Shown: in pieces, positions 47,116 to 56,677 of the stretch
Layout: each line of letters starts with the position of its first letter
Numbering within the stretch: position 1 is the stretch's first letter
Virus record (IMG/VR): IMGVR_UViG_3300042922_000346
Coordinates: 650-64,649 of that record
Direction: 5' to 3' (one strand)
DNA: 64,000 nt
Source: a virus
Made by a program: the position numbers and the translations under genes
Notes under the pieces: generated by a model
The model's database searches: none
Told to the model about the DNA's origin: nothing
Seen by the model: only the letters and a program-made list of their open reading frames with translations

Positions 47116-49340
47116 GGCAATACATTCATTGATAAAACCCTATCTTTGTTCTGTCTACAGTTATATATAAATATCCCCACGTTTGTTCTAGAACCTGTGT
47201 AATAAACTGTATTACCTATCTTTAATTTTAAAGCATTTTTACTTGTATTAACGATAAGTTCAGTATTATTATTAGGATTTATCCCTGCTCCAACAACAAC
47301 ATTATCATCTGTTAAAGCCATTCCCTTTACCCCTTTAGCTGTTTTACTATTAACTGGATTAATACCAAGGGTATTGAAAATAAGGAGTTTACCTTCGGAA
47401 GATAATAACATTAAATTAATATCTTCAACAAGTTTATAGACTGCAATAGTTTTACTATTAACATTCCCTTTTGTTACTTTGGTGTTTAGATTATACGCTT
47501 CTATATTTACTCTAGATATAAATCCATTTTCATATACTGTTAAGATATTTTCTTTAACATCATATCCTGTCGTTACAACATTAACAATAGATTCATCTTT
47601 TAAACCTAATTCAGATGGCAAATATAATCCTAACTGAGAAACCTTATAATCTAATATCTTATGAGCCTTTAACCTATATATATTCCCAACATCTGTAAAC
47701 ACTAAGACATCATCTGTATTTTTACCTTGATATGAACTTATAAAATAATCATCTTCTTTTAATAGATGCTCTCCTGCTCCACGTAAACTTGTTAGTGGTA
47801 TTTTTTTAAGATAACCATCTTTACTGCAAGTAAACATAACATTATAGTCATCTATAACTTCTGTTAAGACAAGGTCTTCAACATCATATAATATTTCAGT
47901 TTTCCTTGGTTGTCCGTATATTTTAGATATCCTATCAAGTTCATTAATAATATCTTCATCTATTTTAGACATATCAGATATTTTATCTGTTAAGTTTTTA
48001 ATTTTTTCTTCTAATAATTTAATAGGTTTTATTTTTTCAATAATAAAATCATTATTTATATCTTCCAATAACATCTTACGAACTGTATTTACTTGTGTTT
48101 CATCTATATTAAAATAAGAACTTAAATTTTTAGTTATATCTTGTTTCTTTGATGTTCTTATAATACTAATTGTTTTATCAATATCCAATAATATTTTTTC
48201 TAACCCCTTTAATCCATGAAGTTCTTTATTTAGTTTATCTAAATCGTGTTTAATACTATTAATAAGGCATTCCCTACGAAACTCCAACCAATGAAATAGT
48301 ACTTGTTTAACATTAAGAACTTTAGGTGAATAATTAACTAAACAAGTCATACTTGCTGTGAATGGATTTTCTAGGGTAGTATTCTTGAATAAAAAGGCTA
48401 CTACATTTTCAACATTTGCATTTTTCTTAAGTTCAATATAAATATTTAATTCAGTTTTATTTGTAACTTTATTAAATCCTGTAGCATCTTTAACATCAAG
48501 AATATCTGTTGTTGCCTTATCTTTTATTAAATCAAGAATCTTTTTTATAATAGTATTTGAAGTAGTATTGTGCGGTATTTCGTAAAATTCAAGAGTATTA
48601 GATTTAGGATTATATCTATACTTACTTCTTATTCTTAATTTCCCTTTACCTGTATTTATAATATTATCTAACTCTTTTTTATTATAAATTATCTGCCCTC
48701 CACTAGAAAAATCTGGACATTGTAAATATTGGGTTAAGTCTACTTCTGGATTCTTAATATATTCTTTTGTAGCAGAACAAACCTCTATTAAATTAAAACT
48801 AGGGAAATAACAACTCATACCTACGGCAATACCTTCCGTTTGTTTAACTAAGATATTTGGAAATGAATTAGGTAAAACTAATGGTTGCCTATGCTCTTTT
48901 TCACCAATAAATTTAACAATATCTTTATTAATATCTTTAAATAATTCCATTCCAAATTTACTTAATCTAACAAAAGTATATCTTGCATCTGCTGGACTAG
49001 CACTAGAATATTTTTTACCAAATGCTCCTTCTCCATCAATATAACCATGTAATTGACTTTCATTATATTCGGTTAATTTAGCCATTGCATCATATACTGA
49101 ACTGTCGCCATGTCCATGAATTGTTAAAACATCACCAACAACAGTTAAACTTTTCATTCTTTCAACATCTGGGAAAGATTTATTATCATATAATTTAAAT
49201 AATATTCTTCTATGCACTGGTTTTAATCCATCTCTTACATCTGCTAATGCTCTATCAATGAGTGTTTTCATTGCATAAGGAAGAAAGAATTTTACAATTG
49301 CTTTCCCTACTTCCCATTTTTGAATATTAACATTACTCAT
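47109..49340 (-). CDS. type II DNA topoisomerase subunit A (GyrA/ParC-like)
   Basis: LADVRDGLKPVHRRILF signature with catalytic-Tyr region; 743 aa. Confidence 0.85.
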   Translation of the reverse strand: MSNVNIQKWEVGKAIVKFFLPYAMKTLIDRALADVRDGLKPVHRRILFKLYDNKSFPDVERMKSLTVVGDVLTIHGHGDSSVYDAMAKLTEYNESQLHGYIDGEGAFGKKYSSASPADARYTFVRLSKFGMELFKDINKDIVKFIGEKEHRQPLVLPNSFPNILVKQTEGIAVGMSCYFPSFNLIEVCSATKEYIKNPEVDLTQYLQCPDFSSGGQIIYNKKELDNIINTGKGKLRIRSKYRYNPKSNTLEFYEIPHNTTSNTIIKKILDLIKDKATTDILDVKDATGFNKVTNKTELNIYIELKKNANVENVVAFLFKNTTLENPFTASMTCLVNYSPKVLNVKQVLFHWLEFRRECLINSIKHDLDKLNKELHGLKGLEKILLDIDKTISIIRTSKKQDITKNLSSYFNIDETQVNTVRKMLLEDINNDFIIEKIKPIKLLEEKIKNLTDKISDMSKIDEDIINELDRISKIYGQPRKTEILYDVEDLVLTEVIDDYNVMFTCSKDGYLKKIPLTSLRGAGEHLLKEDDYFISSYQGKNTDDVLVFTDVGNIYRLKAHKILDYKVSQLGLYLPSELGLKDESIVNVVTTGYDVKENILTVYENGFISRVNIEAYNLNTKVTKGNVNSKTIAVYKLVEDINLMLLSSEGKLLIFNTLGINPVNSKTAKGVKGMALTDDNVVVGAGINPNNNTELIVNTSKNALKLKIGNTVYYTGSRTNVGIFIYNCRQNKDRVLSMNVLPL

Positions 49341-49350
49341 GTTCTACCTC

Positions 49351-51357
49351 CTAGTCTTCATAGATTGAATAATCAAAATATTCATGTCCATGTTTTTCTA
49401 TATATTCTCTTCTATCAGTGGAATCGTCATCAAGAAACATTTCTAATAATCTTATTGCTTCTGGCACATCTTCCATAGTGATAATTTTAACTCTTCTGTT
49501 TTCTTCATGCATTACTGTATTTGCCATTAGTTGAGTATTAATACCTCCAAGACCTTTAAATCTTGTTTCTGTATAAGGCATTTTTAATTTTTTTAATATT
49601 TCTGCTCTTTCCATTTCACTATATGCAACATATTGAAAAACTCCCTTTTGTTCTGTTGGTAAACAAAGCATATTAGGTATAATTTCTTTAGTTACAAATC
49701 TATATAATGGTGCTTCTAATATTTTTAATCTACCATATGTGATTATGTCTGGCATTAACATATAACACATTAATATAAACAAACATCTAATATGGTATCC
49801 ATCATCATCTGCATCTGTCATAACATCAAATTCACAAAAGTTCATATTGTTTATATTGAACTTTGGTAATCCTTTTACTGCCTTACCTTTATAAGTAACC
49901 CCTGCTCCATTAATCTTAACTATACTTTTTATTTCTGCATTAGCTAAAATATCATCTATATTCTTTTTTAAACAATTCATTATTTTACCTTTTAATGGTA
50001 GGATAGCATCATATTCTGGATTTCTTGCACTCTTAACAGCATCTAAAGCAGAATCTCCTTCTAAGAAAATACATTTTCGTTTTGTTTTATCATTGCTTTT
50101 TGATGCCACGTATTTTTCTGGACGAGAGAAAACATTATCTGATTGTGATTCTAATTCTTTCCTTGTTTTTTGTCGATTGATATCTGAATTTTCTCTTACT
50201 CTTTTGTTTATAAGAACTTGCATACACATTTTTTCAGCTTGGTCTTTGTTTTCGATAAAGTAAATTTCAATAAAGTCTTTTATAATAGTATTTAAAGCAG
50301 TCTTATAATGTCCATCTAAAGTTCTTTGTTTTGTTTGATTTTCATATTCAACATATAAACTTCTAACATCACAAACATAATTTAATCCTATTAAGGTATC
50401 GTCAAGTTTTATATACGATTCTACTTTATTTTTTTCTTTTTTATATTTATCATTATCTTTTAACCAATTATGAATAGCATTTTTTAGTCCCATTACAATA
50501 CCTTCTTGAATTGTTCCGTATAGAATTAAATCTGCGGTATTTAAAAATTCTTTTCTTATATCTTGATTATTATCATTAGAATATGCGAAAATCATATTAA
50601 CACTTATTGGGTCTTTAACTTCTTGTTCTTTGTAAATTATATCAAATACCTTAGATGTTTGTAATACAACTGGGGTACATACAAAATTTTTATCTTTTGC
50701 TATTGTTCCAAAATAATCAACGATACCATTTTCATAATAAAAAACTTCTTTTTTATTAGAAACTTTATCTTCAATTATAATTTTTGCATTTGCTAAAGAT
50801 GCTTGTCCTTTTGCTATTTCACATATTTGTTCAAATGTAAACTTAGGTTTTTCCCAAACACTTTTATCTAATTCAAATAACATTTTAGTATATGTCTTAT
50901 TTGATTTACCATTAACTATTAGATTATTCACTCTATCTCCTTTATGATAGCTTACCGTATATATATTCGTATTTGGTCTAGCTATTTCATATTGGATATT
51001 TTCACATGTCATAGATAATGTCCATAAGAAGATACCGTTTTGTCCTACTGTATCTTGAGCATTATTATATTTTGTTCCTGCGAATGGTTTTTCAAATATT
51101 GCTTCATAATTAGCCATTCCATTAGAAGCAACTCCTTCTACTGGGATACCCTTACCACTATCTTCATATTCAATCTTATTTGAATCATGTAAGGTTATTT
51201 TAATTGTGTTTAGTTCGTTTTTAGGGAATACATCTAAAGCATTTCCTATTAACTCTTTAATTACATTAATATAATTGTTTGCAGAACCATGAAAGACATT
51301 TATTCTTGTCCTCGCTTGTTGCTTATCAGACAATACTATTACTTGTTCATCTGCCAT
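49351..51357 (-). CDS. type II DNA topoisomerase subunit B (GyrB/ParE-like ATPase + TOPRIM)
   Basis: GHKL ATPase motif IKELIGNALD; TOPRIM FLEGDSALDAVK; DADDDGYHI. Confidence 0.85.
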   Translation of the reverse strand: MADEQVIVLSDKQQARTRINVFHGSANNYINVIKELIGNALDVFPKNELNTIKITLHDSNKIEYEDSGKGIPVEGVASNGMANYEAIFEKPFAGTKYNNAQDTVGQNGIFLWTLSMTCENIQYEIARPNTNIYTVSYHKGDRVNNLIVNGKSNKTYTKMLFELDKSVWEKPKFTFEQICEIAKGQASLANAKIIIEDKVSNKKEVFYYENGIVDYFGTIAKDKNFVCTPVVLQTSKVFDIIYKEQEVKDPISVNMIFAYSNDNNQDIRKEFLNTADLILYGTIQEGIVMGLKNAIHNWLKDNDKYKKEKNKVESYIKLDDTLIGLNYVCDVRSLYVEYENQTKQRTLDGHYKTALNTIIKDFIEIYFIENKDQAEKMCMQVLINKRVRENSDINRQKTRKELESQSDNVFSRPEKYVASKSNDKTKRKCIFLEGDSALDAVKSARNPEYDAILPLKGKIMNCLKKNIDDILANAEIKSIVKINGAGVTYKGKAVKGLPKFNINNMNFCEFDVMTDADDDGYHIRCLFILMCYMLMPDIITYGRLKILEAPLYRFVTKEIIPNMLCLPTEQKGVFQYVAYSEMERAEILKKLKMPYTETRFKGLGGINTQLMANTVMHEENRRVKIITMEDVPEAIRLLEMFLDDDSTDRREYIEKHGHEYFDYSIYED

Positions 51358-51388
51358 GAATTTTTTCCCCCTATCTCGCTATTGTAGT

Positions 51389-51432
51389 ATATACTATAGT
51401 ATATGGTCAGTGGTAAGGATTGTTACCACTGG
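51389..51432 (-). promoter_or_regulatory. structured 5' leader of topoisomerase operon: 16-bp perfect palindrome ATATACTATAGTATAT plus 9-bp stem hairpin CAGTGGTAA-ggattg-TTACCACTG
   Basis: Both lie between the P5 -10 box and the start codon. Confidence 0.5.
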
Positions 51433-51442
51433 CTATATTTAC

Positions 51443-51471
51443 ATTATACTACAAATTTCTACATTTGTCAA
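51443..51471 (-). promoter_or_regulatory. consensus sigma-A promoter P5 (TTGACA-17-TATAAT) for topoisomerase operon
   Basis: Reverse complement TTGACAaatgtagaaatttgtagTATAAT. Confidence 0.65.
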
Positions 51472-51474
51472 CAA

Positions 51475-51678
51475 CTAAAAATTAAATTTAACATTTGATG
51501 TTATAATATCTACAAGCAACACTAATACTAAAGAAATTCCAAATGTAATTGCTTTAATTCCAAAGTAAGTTGCTATAATATTAAACAAACCCATTACTGC
51601 CCAAGCTTTTAAAAACCATATTATAAAAAACGTTAAAATAAAATATACCATAATATCACTCCTTATTTTTTTCAGCAA
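51475..51678 (-). CDS. small membrane protein (67 aa, two TM helices)
   Basis: Hydrophobic profile. Confidence 0.45.
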   Translation of the reverse strand: MLKKIRSDIMVYFILTFFIIWFLKAWAVMGLFNIIATYFGIKAITFGISLVLVLLVDIITSNVKFNF

Positions 51679-51937
51679 TAAATTCTTCTATCATAGGGTC
51701 GTCTATTTCCTTAGCACATTGCCAACATAAAAAAATATATATATTATCAGACTCCTCAGCCATTTGTATTGCTTCTTCTGCACTATTTGCTTCAAATTCA
51801 CCAACATATTTTGTTCCTGTTACTTTACCATAAACACTATATTTAGCCATACAGTTACTCCCTTCCCCTCCCATTATTTTATTTTCATCAATAACGCAAG
51901 GTATATTAATTTTATTTTTTGGTTCAAATTTATCCAT
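51656..51937 (-). CDS. hypothetical protein with CxxC pairs (93 aa)
   Basis: PCVID...C and CWQC motifs. Confidence 0.45.
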   Translation of the reverse strand: MDKFEPKNKINIPCVIDENKIMGGEGSNCMAKYSVYGKVTGTKYVGEFEANSAEEAIQMAEESDNIYIFLCWQCAKEIDDPMIEEFIAEKNKE

Positions 51938-51963
51938 TCAATATCACCTTTAAAAATTAATTA

Positions 51964-52158
51964 TTAAATTTTATTAAATATCTCTAGGGTTTGATTTAAG
52001 TCTCTTTTATTTATAAATACTGCTTTATCACCAATTAGAAACTTAAGCGTCCAATAATTTTCCCCATCATTCAATATAGTTATTTCAATATCTTCTTTTA
52101 TAACTTCTTCTGCTCCCTTTTCAGCGATTTGTCCCTCAAGAATTATTATTTTTTTCAT
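51964..52158 (-). CDS. hypothetical protein (64 aa)
   Basis: ORF in small-gene cluster. Confidence 0.4.
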   Translation of the reverse strand: MKKIIILEGQIAEKGAEEVIKEDIEITILNDGENYWTLKFLIGDKAVFINKRDLNQTLEIFNKI

Positions 52159-52201
52159 AATATCACCTCTTTTATTTTGTTATACATATTGGAAATACAA
52201 A

Positions 52202-52453
52202 CTAATTATTTATTGCTCTCATGTTCCCAAAGTAGAAAAATAACCATCCACACAACCAAGAGCCATTATTATGTCTCTGTTCCTTATGTGGGTATAACCA
52301 CATATCAACAAATGAAAACTGTACAAAATAACCATTCATAATATCGCTTTTTCGATTGTATAAATGAATACCCAAAGTACCTCTTTTGTGGAACAATCCA
52401 ACAAATTGCATAAAATCACCTCTTTTTATTCGCAATATTCTTGAATTGTTCAT
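52202..52453 (-). CDS. hypothetical protein (83 aa), downstream partner of a TAATG-coupled pair
   Basis: Start ATG overlaps stop of upstream ORF (TAATG); locally higher GC than flanks. Confidence 0.45.
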   Translation of the reverse strand: MNNSRILRIKRGDFMQFVGLFHKRGTLGIHLYNRKSDIMNGYFVQFSFVDMWLYPHKEQRHNNGSWLCGWLFFYFGNMRAINN

Positions 52454-52782
52454 TAACTCAATACTTCACTATTTAAAACTTTTATCACTCCATTGCTGAT
52501 TTTATAGGTAGTTTTAACGCTATAATCTTTTCCATTTGACCAATCAACCGATATACAAAACTTCTTATAGGTCTTTTTTAATGTTTTGAAAAGCTTATGC
52601 CTTTTGCTGAGGCAGGCCTTATGAATTGCTCTGATAAATGAGGTTTTTCCATTCTTTCGACCACACATCATAATGTGCTTATTAAAGAACTTGAAACGCT
52701 CAGTTGTTATCTTATTTCTTTTCTTAATTTGCCTTTTATTCAAGATTTCGCCCCCTTTTAAATTAGTGAATAATATAATCAA
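52453..52782 (-). CDS. hypothetical very basic protein (109 aa), upstream partner of coupled pair
   Basis: Lys/Arg-rich; CGRKNGKTSF P-loop-like string; locally higher GC. Confidence 0.45.
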   Translation of the reverse strand: MIILFTNLKGGEILNKRQIKKRNKITTERFKFFNKHIMMCGRKNGKTSFIRAIHKACLSKRHKLFKTLKKTYKKFCISVDWSNGKDYSVKTTYKISNGVIKVLNSEVLS

Positions 52783-52790
52783 AAAATGAA

Positions 52791-53066
52791 CTATCGTCTT
52801 AATTTATCAACTACTCTTTTAGCACTTCCTTGACCGTTATCTCTATCATATAACCATTCATCAAATTCAACATCTGAACTTAAACTTATTTTCATTACTT
52901 TCCCATAAAGATAATCAAAATAAGTTTGCTTTTTAAGTAAATCTGTTGCTTCGCTAATCGTCATATCTTTTCCAGTAGCTTGTAAAAATCCAAATCCCTG
53001 TACTATAGAATTATTATATAATTCCTTCAATACTTCTGCTTTACTTAATCCTTCAATATTTATCAT
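52791..53066 (-). CDS. hypothetical protein (91 aa)
   Basis: RBS AAGGAGGAA. Confidence 0.5.
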   Translation of the reverse strand: MINIEGLSKAEVLKELYNNSIVQGFGFLQATGKDMTISEATDLLKKQTYFDYLYGKVMKISLSSDVEFDEWLYDRDNGQGSAKRVVDKLRR

Positions 53067-53139
53067 TTATAAATTCCTCCTTAAATTTTTTACTTAATTC
53101 ACATTGTTTATAAAATTCATGTTTTAATAAGTTTTTACG

Positions 53140-53209
53140 CTGTTTTCTTTGTAATAATATACAAAAATAAGCTGTTTTTATAATATATTTTGATATATTT
53201 TTGTATATT
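53140..53209. repeat. 21-bp perfect inverted repeat TTTGTAATAATATACAAAAATA separated by 25-bp spacer containing TATAAT
   Basis: Read directly; lies between the RecD-like gene 3' end and the next gene. Confidence 0.7.
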
Positions 53210-53220
53210 ATTACAAAACA

Positions 53221-55452
53221 CTAACTGAATAACATATTCAATCCAGTTAAAGTTATTTTCTTTGCCCAATTCTTTAATATTTCACATAAGAATGTATGCC
53301 TTGTTAAATTTTCTTGCTTTCTTAATGCAGAATTAATTACAACTGGAGAACCAATATGATATACTCTCTCTTCTGCTCTTGTTATACCAACATATAACAG
53401 ATTCCTATTTAAAAAGAATGTATGGGCAGAAGGAGTAGCTAAAATAACATACTTGAATCCACTTCCCTGTGATTTATGAATACTAATACAATATCCTAAT
53501 CTCAATGTTTCTAATTCATCATGTTCATACCAAATTGAGATTTCTTCAAAGTCCACCAATACTCGTTTACCATAAATTTCTCGTATAGTTCCTATATTTC
53601 CATTGAATATAGCAACATCATTATATTCTTCGTCTGTTGCATGATAATTGTTTTTTATTTGAATAACCCTATCTCCTTCTCTAAAAATAGTATCTCCATA
53701 TGTCGTTTGTGCTAATTTATTGGATTCTGGATTTATTACAGATTGAATTGCTTTATTAATTGCAACTGTACCATATGCTCCCTTATTTAAAGCAGTTAAA
53801 ACAATTATATCATCTAATACTGTTCCCTTTTTTAATAATCCATTTATAACTTGTAAAATTGAACCAATAGATTGATTATCTGGTACAGACAATAAATTAT
53901 AATCGCTATTTATTCCAAATTGTTTTATACCAACAAAATCATTGTCGATATAACTTTTACCTTCTCTTACGTCTGTAGCTATTTGATATAATCCACCTTC
54001 ACCATATCTAAATATTTGTGTTAGTGTAATTGTTGGTATTTTACCACTTTGTATCATATCGTAAGCTACATTCCCTGCCCCTACAGATGGTAATTGTGCA
54101 GGGTCAAGAATTAATAATAGTCTTGTACCTTTACTTAATGCAATAGCTTCTAATACCTTTCTGAAAACAAGTACATCTGCCATAGATGTTTCATCAACAA
54201 TAAGATAATCAACAAGCAAAGGATTATTTTTATTTATACCCCAACCAAATGCAGGATTATATTCTAATCCTCTATGGATTGTACTCGCAGGTTTATTCGT
54301 ATATTTTTTCATTACTTGGGATGCTCTACCTGTTGGAGCAAATAAACGATATGTCTTTTGATAATCATCCAACATATTAATTACTGCTTTAGTTGTTTGT
54401 GATTTACCACTTCCTGCAAATCCAGCTAAAATAGCTACTCTGTATTTAGTTAAATTCTTTAATAATTCAGCTTGATTCTCATTTAATGTTTTCCCATCAA
54501 AACTTATATATTTATTCGTGTCCATATCTAACACACTATTTGCATCAAGTAACTCCATTAATTTATTACCAATATATTCTTCATGTTCATACGTTTCTTT
54601 ATTAGCTAGGTAATCATCTTTTTTATAAAAAGATTCCTTGTCCTCTATAGCTTTTTCAAAAAACTCCATTGCTTGTGGTACAATTTCAATACATTGTTTT
54701 AATAAATTTTTAATTGTTGTTTTTGTACTTCCACTAGATTCATTTTCATCTAATAAATAACATATACAAGATGTCATTCTTTGCATAGAATTAGTTAACT
54801 CTGGTCTAGCTGATAGTATTTTCACATCTGCTGTAATAAATCCTACTCGACTAATACTACATAAACATTTATATGGGTCTTTAATCATTTCTTCTCTTAT
54901 TTTATCTACAGATGTATATTCATAATATAATGATTTTACCATTGATAATGTCAAATCATATTCTTTAAATTCTGTAATAATATCCATAAGAGAAAAATTT
55001 ATAATGATTTTTTCTTTAATTTTATTAAATGTAATTTCTTTTATACCTTTAGTTAATTCTAAGTCAACTTCTTCATTATTTAAAACTCTATCAACAATAT
55101 CTGGATATACTTCTAATAATGTATCGGTTTGTTTCTTCGTAAGTATTTCATATAAAAAATCCCTTATCTGTTTTATTGTTTTAGGTTTATCTCTTGTTAT
55201 ATGAATAACTTTATATTGCCAACCGAATTTAGGATGCTGTTTTGGAAATTCTGTTTCTATTGTATATTCAACATTAGAATCCAACTCAGTAAAATCCCCT
55301 ACTATTGTTACACTTCCGTAGTTATCATAAAGAAATTTCATATCTCCATTATCACACGATTTAACATCTATCGGATATATTTTGAAATCATCTCCATTAA
55401 ATATAGGTTTAAATGCAACATATTTTCCTTTAAATTTTATACTTTCCTCCAA
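53221..55452 (-). CDS. RecD/Dda-like SF1 DNA helicase
   Basis: Walker A LAGFAGSGKSQT, motif TIHRGL, Walker B LIVDETSMAD, motif V/VI YCISIHKSQGSGF. Confidence 0.8.
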   Translation of the reverse strand: MEESIKFKGKYVAFKPIFNGDDFKIYPIDVKSCDNGDMKFLYDNYGSVTIVGDFTELDSNVEYTIETEFPKQHPKFGWQYKVIHITRDKPKTIKQIRDFLYEILTKKQTDTLLEVYPDIVDRVLNNEEVDLELTKGIKEITFNKIKEKIIINFSLMDIITEFKEYDLTLSMVKSLYYEYTSVDKIREEMIKDPYKCLCSISRVGFITADVKILSARPELTNSMQRMTSCICYLLDENESSGSTKTTIKNLLKQCIEIVPQAMEFFEKAIEDKESFYKKDDYLANKETYEHEEYIGNKLMELLDANSVLDMDTNKYISFDGKTLNENQAELLKNLTKYRVAILAGFAGSGKSQTTKAVINMLDDYQKTYRLFAPTGRASQVMKKYTNKPASTIHRGLEYNPAFGWGINKNNPLLVDYLIVDETSMADVLVFRKVLEAIALSKGTRLLLILDPAQLPSVGAGNVAYDMIQSGKIPTITLTQIFRYGEGGLYQIATDVREGKSYIDNDFVGIKQFGINSDYNLLSVPDNQSIGSILQVINGLLKKGTVLDDIIVLTALNKGAYGTVAINKAIQSVINPESNKLAQTTYGDTIFREGDRVIQIKNNYHATDEEYNDVAIFNGNIGTIREIYGKRVLVDFEEISIWYEHDELETLRLGYCISIHKSQGSGFKYVILATPSAHTFFLNRNLLYVGITRAEERVYHIGSPVVINSALRKQENLTRHTFLCEILKNWAKKITLTGLNMLFS

Positions 55453-55468
55453 CGTTATCCCTCCTGTG

Positions 55469-55708
55469 TTACTCCACTACGAATAATTCCTCCCTCGAAA
55501 ATAATATTTCTGTTTCATCATTTAGTTCGTAAGGGAATCCTGCTTCTATTCCATAACTTAGTATACCTATTATTTCATATACTGTATTATAGTTATTTTT
55601 TATATGTCTCATGTCAGATAGTTTAATATCCATATCTAATAAATTCCATACATCTAATTTTTCTGGGTCATACATAACTTTTGTTCCTATTGGTAAATAT
55701 TCAATCAT
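55469..55708 (-). CDS. hypothetical protein (79 aa)
   Basis: ORF in operon. Confidence 0.4.
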   Translation of the reverse strand: MIEYLPIGTKVMYDPEKLDVWNLLDMDIKLSDMRHIKNNYNTVYEIIGILSYGIEAGFPYELNDETEILFSREELFVVE

Positions 55709-55715
55709 ATTATCC

Positions 55716-56318
55716 CTACTTTCCTACATTTAATTTTAACAAATCTTTTTTATATTCTGCTGAATTACATATTTTTAAAGCATGAACTTCAATTTCTTTA
55801 TTTATCATTTCAGCATCATTATAAACTACTTTAATTTCTGATTGTAAAGTATTCTTTTTCACATCTAGCATAAATAACCTTTCTTTTAAATTAATTATTT
55901 CTGATTCAACATTAGATAATTCTGTTTCTTTATATGAAACTGTGTCAGCAATAGTTTCTTTTTTACTTTCTAATTTAATCTTCAATAGTTTAATTTTTTC
56001 TAGTAAACTATCAGTCACCACTCTATCTATCTCTTCATCAAATCCAAAATCAATCCGATATAAAGTTATTATAGTTGTATTTGCGGTATCTGTAACTAAC
56101 ACAATATTATCTCTTAACCAATAATTTTTAGTAGATTTATCTCCATTAATTTGCATTGTGCAAATTAGTTGAGCATGTTCAACCATCTTATTAACATTTT
56201 CTACTATTTTTTCTCTATTAGAATTTATGTGTTGTCTCCCAGTAGTCATATCTGTTATACCTATGATTCTCTCTACATACCTATCTAAAGCATGATTTGT
56301 TACGTTCATTAATATCAT
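55716..56318 (-). CDS. hypothetical protein, N-terminal DUF4258-like (HAxxRxxER) region plus C-terminal coiled coil
   Basis: NHALDRYVERIIGI...LRDNIVLVTDTANTTIITLYR pattern. Confidence 0.4.
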   Translation of the reverse strand: MILMNVTNHALDRYVERIIGITDMTTGRQHINSNREKIVENVNKMVEHAQLICTMQINGDKSTKNYWLRDNIVLVTDTANTTIITLYRIDFGFDEEIDRVVTDSLLEKIKLLKIKLESKKETIADTVSYKETELSNVESEIINLKERLFMLDVKKNTLQSEIKVVYNDAEMINKEIEVHALKICNSAEYKKDLLKLNVGK

Positions 56319-56324
56319 CTCCTC

Positions 56325-56615
56325 TTATTTGTTTATTGCATATACTGCACAAGTTTTATTTGAAATTAAATCTTTTTTCTTACTAAGTACTATAATCTTA
56401 TTTTGAGAAACTAATTCATTTAATCTAGGATGAACAAAATTCCTTGAGAAATATGGAGTTATACCTTTGTTAAACATTTCCATAGCTAATTCATTTGCCG
56501 TTGCTTCTCCTAGTTGTTTTAAGGTATTATAACATTGTTCTTGTCTATTTGGAATTTCTGGTTTAATTTCCTCATAACTTTGGTTTCTTGTTTCTATTGT
56601 TATGGTTGATAACAT
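56325..56615 (-). CDS. small putative winged-helix DNA-binding protein (96 aa)
   Basis: Helix-turn-helix-like segment TANELAMEMFNKGITP and wing-like tail; weak. Confidence 0.35.
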   Translation of the reverse strand: MLSTITIETRNQSYEEIKPEIPNRQEQCYNTLKQLGEATANELAMEMFNKGITPYFSRNFVHPRLNELVSQNKIIVLSKKKDLISNKTCAVYAINK

Positions 56616-56677
56616 AATAAAACCTCCTTATTATTTGCTTTAGTATGTATATTTCTAGGGACTCCCCTAGAAATATT

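Noticed and set aside
52453-52782. Terminase large-subunit or ParA fragment (RKNGKTS and ILFTNLKGG strings)
   Set aside because: Matches are only 6-8 residues long, the ORF is 109 aa, and the context is the early arm. Treated as an unknown basic protein.
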